Shown piece after piece: positions 1-10,056 of a stretch of DNA of 64,000 nt. Source of the DNA: Rhizodiscina lignyota (lineage: Eukaryota); contig ML978127.1 of the NCBI GenBank assembly GCA_010015805.1, forward strand, positions 1,240,001-1,304,000, read 5' to 3'. The notes under the pieces were generated by a model, which was given only the letters and a program-made list of their open reading frames with translations, searched no databases and was not told the DNA's origin. Numbering within the stretch: the first letter of the stretch is position 1; each line of letters starts with the position of its first letter. The translations under genes and the position numbers were made by a program.

Positions 1-949
1 GGGGTCGCGGTCTGCGTTTCTTCTCAAGATTTGCCTGCATGAGTCTGGCTCTCTCGGAGTTCTGCAGGTAATCGTCAACCAGCAAAGACTGGTCGTCTTG
101 AAGGTGCTTTGGAAGTCTCAGTGTCCCAAGGCCCGTGGCTGACCGATACATCACTCCTGGCTCAGGAAGTGGAAGCTGCGACGACGCTGAAGTGCGACTT
201 GATGTTGGTGCTACGTCCTTAGATATCTGTTTGTTCGCAACTTTCGTGCAGTATGCAACATATCCCGGGACAGAGGCGTGGCGACCAATTTTGATGCGCT
301 TTTCCATATCCTTCCTCTCCACATCTTGCCTCATTGCTTGCTGTTCCTCTACTGATGCAGTCTTGTAACCCGGCTTCTTTTTCAGATTTTGTATTGCTCT
401 CAAGCGCGATTTGTCATCGAGCTTCTTCGCGTGGAGCAAGCCCTTCAGCTCAACCTCCCCCGTCCAGGTAACCGGCGATGTCGGTGCGCACTTGCCAGGA
501 TGTTTGGTGGACTTGGACTTTGAAGATTCGCGATATGGAGTACCGTCGTCAGAGTCAGAGTCATCACTCTCGTCGTCGTCCTTGTCGTCCTCGTCGTCCT
601 CGTCGAGCTCACGAAGGATATCATCTGATGTCTTAGGTGGCGTTGGAAGGCCACTCGTTTGACCCACGCGCTGTCTCTTCGAAGGATCTTCAACTTCTTC
701 GACCTCCTGCTCTTCAAGTTGAGAGTGACCTCTCTTCTTGTCCTTGCCTTGACGATCGGGGTTCGCACCATCGATTTGCTCCACAGTGCCATCCTCCTCA
801 ATATCCGAGTCCATCGTGTCGCTCAAGTCGCTGTCTTCGATGTCCAAAATCTTATCCCACATGGCTGGTATGTTGTACGACGCTCTTTCTTTAGGAGCGA
901 CCTTGTCTTTGTCAAGCTTCGCTTTCGCACTCCGCGTGATTGGTGCCAT
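1..949 (-). CDS. Hypothetical acidic/charged protein, 3' end runs off the window (>316 aa)
   Basis: ATG at 949 (GCC ATG GCA) opens a stop-free frame to position 1: MAPITRSAKAKLDKDKVAPKERASYNIP...DEDDEDDKDDDESDDSDSDDG...RLMQANLERNADRDP. There is a TATATAA at ~1101-1107 and a CAA-rich leader upstream. It is absent from the ORF track because it has no stop in the window. Confidence 0.75.
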   Translation of the reverse strand, partial: MAPITRSAKAKLDKDKVAPKERASYNIPAMWDKILDIEDSDLSDTMDSDIEEDGTVEQIDGANPDRQGKDKKRGHSQLEEQEVEEVEDPSKRQRVGQTSGLPTPPKTSDDILRELDEDDEDDKDDDESDDSDSDDGTPYRESSKSKSTKHPGKCAPTSPVTWTGEVELKGLLHAKKLDDKSRLRAIQNLKKKPGYKTASVEEQQAMRQDVERKDMEKRIKIGRHASVPGYVAYCTKVANKQISKDVAPTSSRTSASSQLPLPEPGVMYRSATGLGTLRLPKHLQDDQSLLVDDYLQNSERARLMQANLEKKRRPRP

Positions 950-3900
950 GGCGGCTGATTTGGCAAAGAGGTGTGGTGTTGAATAACGAGAGTTAAAGTT
1001 GCGATTACTCATGCGTAGTTGAGCCAAAGATGGGTGAGCTCGAGCTCGAGCTTTGGTGTTGTTGTTGTTTGTTGTAGGCATTCTATTGAAAGAAGTTGAG
1101 ATTATATATGAGGTTGTAACTGGTTAAAGAAGTGCCAAGCCTGGAGGTTGACGCGGCTGGAGCTTAGCAGTTGGAGTGAAACAACATAGTAGAAGGAAGA
1201 AACAGATAACAGTAGTGGAGAGTAAGAGGGATGCCCGATTCGAGTTGCGAATTCCAAAAGGGCCAGTGGCTTTAAGCACTACTTAATTCCTCACCGACAT
1301 CGGTGATGTTTGAGAGTTTGAGATCGGAAGTCATACTGAGCCATTGTTCACACGATTGACTCTGAGCCAATTGCGCTTGTCAGCTGAAAGATCTTTTCGC
1401 AACGAGTCGACGAGATCTCAAGATCTTGAGGAAGACTGTGGAACTTGTGAATTGAGGTTCCTGCCGTTGCCGTTACTTTGCTTTCTACTAATGAGAAAGG
1501 ATGAGTGAGCTCGACGTCGACGACAAGGAGTATCGTATGTAACGGACTATGTTCCACAATCGGCCCAGGAGGTACGAGAGCCATGACTGGCATCTGTTCA
1601 CGCCGCATTGAGTCTCTACTGCACTTCCCCTTCGGGCCATTGTAGGTCGTATATTGAGATGCGTTTGCTGTCTGTTTCAAGCTACACATGTCCCTGTGTT
1701 AATAATCTATGCAGGCGATACGAGCTGCTCTCTGCAAAGTCCAATGAGGGTTACCTGAACCTGTAGGACCACATCGGCGGTTCGTATGTATTCATCGCTT
1801 CAGTCGGCGATAATTTACCTGCGGCTTGCGAACGCCAACTTGTTGAGTAGTCGGCTCCTGAGGACGGGGGCGGATTATTGCGATAGAGGTTAATGGTCCC
1901 TCGTAGCTGAACGAACATTCCGTAACCGCCATCACGACGCTACCGATGAGCCGGTGCGCACGTGAAGATAAGTCGCTTAGATGAAATAGCCCCAGAAGAG
2001 AAAATAATGTGTTGGAAGAGATATCGTGAGAATCACGCTGCGAGACCGGGAGCGAAAAGGACAGGAAATTGATGACGGAGAGAATGGCATTCTTGGATGC
2101 ACGGCTTCGATCAGCTGGTAAAAACCCCCACCGGCCCGACAGTCACATCAGCCCAACGACTCCCTGACCCTGCTGGCTGACTGTGATCTCAAAGCCAAAG
2201 TCAACCTTACGGATTTTGTTTAATTAGCCTAACGAGTCTGAAGAGAATTTCGCAGTATTCTACCATAAGCCGTCATTTGCTTATTCTCGAAGGTACCTTC
2301 TTGGCGGTTCACCGCATTCTACGCAGCTTCCACGCTATCCCAAATCGGGGTCCACGTCTGGACGCACTGTCAGACGATCGCTGCTTGGATCGGCAAGACG
2401 TTATATTCTGTCTCAATGCCAGCGACTCTTTTGGCCTGGTAGGGCTAGCGCCCACGTGCGAAATGGGTAACGGTGAAATTTAAAGTTCTTATTCGGCTGC
2501 CCTGTTGTTGGGCTGACAGGCACGAGCGAAGTACTTAGAACAGTCTTGCATCTGCCTCATCGTAGCGTTGAGACTCTCGGGGATGTAACATTCTGCGGTC
2601 CAGTGGAACCTTGGAGGGGTAAGTACAGTCGCGCAAGCCGCCAAAATTCCACGCAGTCACTTCGAAGGAATCTGTCTTGTAGGAGACCCTCCGAAATACG
2701 GCGCGGAAAAGGTTGGAAATGTTTAGCCAAGGACCAAAGACGCCACAGACATAACCGAAGGACGAAGGACGCTTTATAAAAAGCTTGGTAAGTGCATATA
2801 TCGGTGCGTTCCTGCTCCTTAGTGAACAAGTTTGAGACAGCATGCGTTCGTGAAGGATGAAGCATGAAGATCAGTATTCGAACCAGGTCTTGTCCTGGTA
2901 TTGAAGGCGGTGAACCGTTGATAGCCATTCCCGACAAGTAGGTTCATGCGGTATTTGAAATGAGGAGAAAAGCAATGAAGATTGAGTACGAGATGATGAA
3001 ATCGTTGAAATGGACCAGCACACGTGAAAATCGAAACGCAAGAAGAATATCCGTGCCGATACCATTGGCAAAAGAAACATCCGGTATCGCAATGGAACTA
3101 CCAAATCGAATCCCAACATCCTGAAGCGACCCACCAAGTCTTGGAAGTCGCCTGCCCGAAAAGTTGACGAACGTAAATGGAAAATCAAAAGGATATTGAG
3201 GACTCGCCTCGACGCCGCGCTCTTTTCCCAAAACCTATAATCCGTCGCGCCTAAAAGAATCCCTACTGGAAATCTCATAGTCGCCACTAACGCCCTGCTC
3301 AAAACTCAATCAAAATGGTTGTTCGATCGACAGCTCATCGGCAAGGTGGCTCCTCCCAGTGTCGGAGCATCTGATCTATCGCCCATGTCCATTCCGTTGT
3401 GAAGGCATTCGCGAGCTGCTTTTGGCCTTCGGTGGTTGGGTTCCGGCCGCCCCACATCGCGGGCATGGACGCTTGGTAGCCGGCGTAGTATGGAATGAGG
3501 TTGCTGATGTCGAACGTTAGCTAAGATACAATAACGCTCGGAGGACGTTGGAGAATTGTGGAAGCTTCAGAGGAAATGATTAACTCACTCTGACTTAATC
3601 TTCGTAAGAACGAGCCAGCAGAAGTTCCAGCTCCTGTTGCTCGACGGATCGCTGTATACGCGACGCTTGGCTTCATCCAGGCAATCGGAACTATTCAGAG
3701 GCATGGTTAGTTCGGCCATTGCAGGATTCCGTACACACTCGGTACTCACTTAAACGGATAGTTGCGAGTGAGCCCCCGTAGTTCGGTAAGGAGACTGTGG
3801 GAGTTGACATAGTACGCCCCTGCGCGGAATCAGTGAGATATTCGATTGAGCGGTGACGCATAATTAAATGAGACAAAGCGGGAACTTACAAGCAGACGTC

Positions 3901-6900
3901 ATCGGTTCTGAGACATCAGGAGTACCGATTTGCGCAAAGACGCGCTCAATTCGCCGTAAATCTCCTACAGTATTGACCTGGTGCGTGCGTAAAGCGCGAA
4001 TCAGACGCTCTTTGTCAGACTGCGTCTGAATTAGCACAATGTCGATCTAAGCGAGATATTCCTGGCCGCGTTTTTGTAACCCGGAGGGGACCCCGGGTTT
4101 CGGCGCGGCCTTTGTAGGGCGCTGAGGGGCATCGGGGAGGGTCAATGTTGTGCCGATATGGTGTGGAGGGGAATGCGACAATGTGGGGATACAAATGAAG
4201 CCATTGGGGAATACATAGGGGCTGAATTGTATAGTAAACGTGTTGAAAGGGGTGTATAGTGTGCATTGCCTTCTGGAGGTGAAAATAAATGCTCGCGTGC
4301 TCGGGATGACCACAGGACTCACCGACGTTATGGCAGTGCCGTCACCCATCGCGTATGTAGGATAGGTATATCGACGAGGTGGAGGATGGTTAAACTCCAG
4401 GTCCCAATAGCGCTGTCTTCATGCGCTGATCGGGGTCCAGCGTGGTTGATCTTGTAGGGAGCACCGAATGCTGGGAATTCCAGTCCAGCTTGCTGGAGCT
4501 CCCGCAACTAGTGTTGAATGACGAGATGTTACGCTGAGTAGATCGAGGAGGGACGATGATGGTAGCCTGGTAGCAAGGCAATGACTTCAGATAATGTACC
4601 TAGTCAATTGAGTGATCTGAGGTGTTGAATTGATTGATGGCTCGTCGATGGGGTCGATTTCTCTTGCTCGCGGCCGAATAATGCTACAGGCCTTGTATTT
4701 AGATATGTAAACTGATGATAGCGGAACAGGATCGTCAACTTACTCATATTACTTCTCGCATAAACATCGCTTGACCCGGTATGCCGGAGTGTTATATAGT
4801 AAAAGCCGACGAAAACGGTGGAATGAATAAATGGGTAGAATTAAGGTCATGGGTGGTTGCACAGATGGGTCTGGTTTCCTCTTTGCAGCCGCAAGGCCGA
4901 TGCAGGGATAGGTTCCTGATCGTCCGGGAGGCGCTGACAGTTCGTGGATGATGTAAAGCGGCCTCTACCGCCGCCAACATATGAATCAGCTGAAAGAGGA
5001 AATGCGCGAAACGATTGGTAGAAGCAAGATACGTCATCTTAAAGATTTTGGCATCAAGTGCGAAAGATCAAATTCACCTGGGGCGGCGAAGAAGGCTGAA
5101 GAAACAGTGGAATAGAAAATTCGAGCACACACAAAGCTATTGGACGGTCCATACTCGGATTGCCCGGTTGCACCCACGTTAATCATCCGGGGATCTCGGC
5201 GCATCGACGACGGGAGTGGCATCGGGCCTGGGAGAGAGGGCTTGCCGCGTGTGTCTGGAGGCTTTGAAATCGGACATGGAAATAGCTATGAAAAGACCAC
5301 TCAACTTGGCGCAACGGCGCATTGACGCGCAGGTGAAGAAGCCAGAAAGAGTGGCATCCGCAAGAACGGCAATCGTGTGCACTGGCGCCGACCAGCAGGC
5401 GTGTGCACGTTACAGTGGAAGTGGATAGAGCTTCGACGCTGTGATCACCTCCGCGAGCCATGTGCCAGAGCACACGTCAGCGCGTCACCGGCCTCTTGGA
5501 TAGAGTGTGATGGAGAGTGCAACTCTATCTTCGACAGGCTAGAGACGGGGAATTGGGAAGCGCGGCCGCCAGCCGCCATTGGAAGGGAGAATTGGCGGGC
5601 AGAGTTTCGAGTTGCTATAGCGTCATGGAAACAGACGCAGATGATACGCAGGTCCCTGTCCAGTGCCTGGGAGGCGGCGGCATGCAGAGCAGGACCCAAG
5701 CACTCCGCCGGCAATAGCAGGTCGGGAGGCCTTGAGGGCTTGGTGCTGAGGTGATTCACTTAGGCGGGAAGAAGTGAGATTCGCAAAATAGCAGGATAGC
5801 TTTTGCTGTGTGATCGGCGCTAGGCCCGGCGCGGCTAGCGCGCCGCCCGTGCGCGCCACGCTTGCAGCGAATTGATGTTATTTAAAGCTGTAACAACACC
5901 AAACATTTGCTACATTCGTCCACCACCGCTCCACCTCAATGCCTCAACTCTACGAACTTCCCCTTGCGGCAGGCGCACGCAGCAGGTAGATTGGCGAGAG
6001 AGTGGTGCGCTCGTCTGGCGCTCGTCTGAACCGTCAACCTGACAAATGCGGCAGGCTTCTGGAAACTTGGCTTCAGGTAATCCTCATCCCCCGATCCCCA
6101 CGGACCAGGCGTGCCAGGTGTCTAAGACAAGGCGCGCGACCCCCAATCCAATCAATGCTCATGCAGCCCTACAGCCGCAGGTAGCCTCACCTCTCTTAAC
6201 TGAACGTCACTAGCACTTGCTCGTGGCTATCTTCGCTCTCTCGTCGCGGAGCTCAATCGGCACCACGTCTTTTTCTGTTCTGTATTGATGCACGCTTAGG
6301 CCTTGGGGCCGCCCGCTCTGAGAGCCAGGGCAAGCGAATCGATGGGACTTCGTATCAGTCGAAACGGCAAAAGGGCGGCTGTAGTGGACTGGCGAAACAC
6401 CCGACTCGACTGCCTTGCTGTGGCTGATGACATATAATACATACCCTCTTTCGCCCCATTTTTGTTTTTCCCGCGCGCATGACATTCTTCCTGCAAACAA
6501 TCTCGTCCTTGTCAATTGCGAGTTTCGGAAGCGTGATCTCATCGTGTCCTTGACAAGCTTAAAGTTTAATTCTCTTTGGTCGTCTCCCCTCTCTCGCGTA
6601 TCTTCTCGGTTGGGGCCGAGAGTTCAGTTTTCCTGTCGTACGAGATCAGCGCGCCTAACGGGCTCGGTAAAGATCCCGACGCTCGCCATAGTGGCGCCAC
6701 AGCATGGGGTTTCTGGGGCTGCAAAGGGCAGCCTTTCTATCACCGACCCCACGACCCACCGCCAAGGAAGGGCCTGACGGGGAGAGCTTGGGGCCTTCTG
6801 CTCGTGATCTCGAAAGCTCTAGAGGCCGTGTATGCGAGTGGAGCTCAACCTGGGTATGATTCCGCGTCAATTGGGGGCTCGCTGCCCGTGCTTCAATACA

Positions 6901-7904
6901 AGCTTTCACGAGACACCTGGGAGAACGCCTGTTTGCTGCTCCACCATCCAGCAATGATTTGAATTTGGATTCCCTGACGCAATCCATCATCAGCACATCG
7001 GCGGGAGTAACCGTCCCAAGCCCGTCATATCATTCCTCGCTTGGCCCTACGCCACTGGGCCTCAATATCGGCCGCAATTATCGGCCGCAAGGTCTCGTAT
7101 ATGTCTGGTTAAACCTTTTCCTTCACAGAGCTGGCTGAACTCTGCATTTTCTCCATAAAGCATTTGCTGATTCCGAACCAAAAGACCAATTCGGCTTTGC
7201 CGGATGTTTTAGGCATGGGCACAATGTACAGCCTCGCTCATGCCTGTCCGTGTTTGAGACCTCAGATCTGCTGCGGTCGATCGCTTCTTTTAACATTCTC
7301 ACAATAGCACGGGTGCTCCCGCCTCATACCGAATTTTGTTTACATTAACGGCATACCCCAGAGCGCATCAGAAGATCCTGCTGACTACCGAGACTTGTCC
7401 AGAATTATGTCCACGGATCTGGAAGATGAGTACGTGCGCTGCCTTATGCACAGGCTTAGGACTTCCCAGATGGTGCATCGCGGGGAAAATGTAAATACCG
7501 CGCTGCACGCGGATATATCTCAAATCGCGCATTCTATTATAGTTAGGATGTAGCATGTTATGTTGTTTCAGATGATCTTGTGGAGCTTCAACGCTGACAA
7601 ATTTTCAATATAGTACGTCGTAAATTTATTCCGCGCTCCAGCGTCCGCACCTAACAGCGGTCCGCCCGGACCGAAAAAAAAAGACGACTCAGTCAGTGTC
7701 CGTTACCATGGTAGCAAACGGAGATACTGGGGAATTCCAAGTCTTCGAAAGGAAAAAGTAAATTCACACAGGCATTAAATCCATCTGCATGGACGATCAG
7801 GACGCGCGGTATACATTACAAAGGCTTCGTCTGTCGCGGAACGCCTTGAAACCTTGATTTCTAAGGTTTTCGCTTTCCTTGGCCTCCCGAAGGCAGCGAC
7901 AACA

Positions 7905-9270
7905 CTACGCATATTGCATGATATCGTCGAGGTAGTACGTGTATGCGGTTCCGCTCGTCGGCTCCATGGAGAACACGTACATAGTCGGCCGACCATAATG
8001 CGCCAAGCCACAGATCGCTGTTCTCGTCCATCGCTTGTAACATCCCGTTGAGAGCGTCCTCGCAAATGTCTTTGACACCACCAGCGTATTCGCCGATCAC
8101 ACCAAGCTTGCCTTCCTGCTTCAATCAAGCAGTAGCGTCGGCGATACGGTCTGCGCCGACTGTGCCGTTGACACATGCCGGATCGACTACTGTCGTCACT
8201 GTCAAGATATTGGTGCATCTGATAGATGAGCCTGTCCTCGGGGTCCGTCAAATTGTCCATGGTAGCGCCGTTCGTGCCGCCGCCGTTGTCGAGAGAGGTC
8301 CATGACCAAGCGCTAGTCCATGCGTTACCTTCGGCAGTAATTCATCGCGAGGTCGCGCCAGCAGTGCGAATGCCATTGATAGCAGCTTGGTTGAGCCGAA
8401 CTACGAGGGATTGCTCCATCATGTTGTCTATTTAAAAAGGTGAGTGCGAGTTCTTATGAATGACAAAAAACTGCCACAGCCACGATTGATGAGTGAGCTT
8501 ACATTCATTGTTGGTGTCAAACATGACCAATTCATCGTGCTTGAACTCGGTGGCGACTGCCTTCCACTACGCTCCAAATGCGTCTATGTCCGTGATGATA
8601 TTGTTATAGTATCTGCCGTAGTTATGGGGACAGATCATAGCGTACGCGCCTTTGCTGGTGATGCCGCCGACCGTCTACAGAAGAGTCAGGTGAGACACAT
8701 CGACGACATTCTAAATTAACATCACTTACCGTTTTAAGGTCCGCCAGATAGCCCGCATCTAGAGTTCCGGCCGTGTCGGTCGGGATGAGGCGCTCCATCA
8801 TAATGTCGATGAGGAATGTAATCATTCCCTTGCTAATGAAAGTCTGCGGCGCATATCAGCAACGCGCAGCCTTTGGTTCATGATCGTTTTGTACATCAAT
8901 GGTCGACATTAGGCCAAACGTAGTCGGTGTCTTTCATAGTAGGGACGTCATTTTAACCAACCTCCGGCCCGGATTCATTAACGCTGAAGAATTTCATCTT
9001 TCTAGAGGAAGAAGCCTTTGTCGAGGTCTCTGTAGAGACTGACGATGAAGCTGCAGTGGACGTCGTACAAGCGGGAGGACCGGTCCTCGAAGCAGCACCG
9101 CTGCTCGATTTCACGACGGCAGCAGACACCTTACTGGCGATATGAGCGGCAGTGCTGCCCGATGATGCAGATATGCTTGTTCCAGCTTTATGTCCCCCGC
9201 ACGGAGTCGCAACAGCTGATGCTGCCATGCCAGTGGCAGCAAGAATGTCCTGATAAAGAAGCATCGTCAT
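7905..9270 (-). pseudogene. Glycoside hydrolase family 5 (subfamily 5-like) endoglucanase pseudogene with signal peptide and Ser/Thr/Ala linker, 4 exons
   Basis: Reconstructed fragments FSVNESGPEVG, DYVWPN, SKGMITF..MMERLIP, CPHNYGRY, VMFDTNNEY (acid/base Glu), LNQAAINGIRTAGA, EGNAWTSAWSW, IYQMHQYLDSD, GVIGEYAGG (nucleophile Glu), LWLGALW and YVFSMEP occur in GH5_5 order. In-frame stops lie at 8953, 8567, 8342 and 8125, and frameshifts near 8905, 8180 and 7980. Confidence 0.92.
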
Positions 9271-10056
9271 GAAAGTAACGTGTTTACAAAAGAAGTGGAA
9301 TGCGAGGCGAGTGACTTGATTCAGATGAATACAGAACTTCGCAAGATGAGATGAACAAATGCTCCTTATATTACTCTAAAGTTGACATCATTGGCATATT
9401 TCGCTAATGTAGGATCTTGCGCTACGGGACGCACATAGGCGGCGACAACTGCATCCTCGAGGAAGAATATTAAGAGAGATGGGATTTTGTGATGAGCCCT
9501 GCCTTCGGAGGGCGGCAAGACGGCTAGAACGAAGTGACCTGGGGGTTGGGCATCCAGATTTCCGTTCCGACCAAACGGAGATTATGGAGAGTTTGCGGAA
9601 CAAAATGTGACCAGGATGTCCTCCAGGATTAAAGGAAGACGTGGAGATTGGGAAAATTGTACATATGATCTTGAGCTCGACCGTGAGATTTTGATGAACT
9701 GTTGTCTTGAAAATGAAAGTACAGAGCAATTTAGGTAGTGTAGGGTTGCGCTCACTCTTAATTGAACTGTTTGAAGCTTCTAGATTGCAACTAATAAGAA
9801 CGATTGCTCCGAGGTTGCAGGAAAATCACACTTCGGACATAAGGGAGACTTAGTTTTTATGTATGTATCTTGTAGTCACAAGGTTAACGATGTTTGAGAA
9901 GACTAAATTCACTCAGCCTTTTAAAGTGTCAGGTTTTGTATTGAAGTAGTCAGACAAGATCATGTGCTTTCGCGACCATAAGTAACGCCAAGGATCGCGA
10001 CTTGATGCCCGCGACTGCGATCATTCCAAAGACAATTTCCTTCAACATCGCCATCC

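Noticed and set aside
2950..3240. Chromodomain-like remnant (KWKIKRILRTRL) on the + strand
   Set aside because: The match is short, the frame is interrupted by stops, and no downstream chromodomain residues are recognisable.
6355..6440. Hammerhead ribozyme (GAAAC..GTA..CTGATGA)
   Set aside because: A stem III can form, but stems I and II do not pair.
7020..7132. snR30/U17 (AAACCTT seven nt before ACA)
   Set aside because: The m2 motif is mismatched and there is no AUAUUCCUA m1 motif on a complementary 5' arm.
5880..7620. Telomerase RNA (size, U-rich tracts and a P6.1-like hairpin fit)
   Set aside because: No template of at least 8 nt for TTAGGG (such as TAACCCTAA) found on either strand in this segment.
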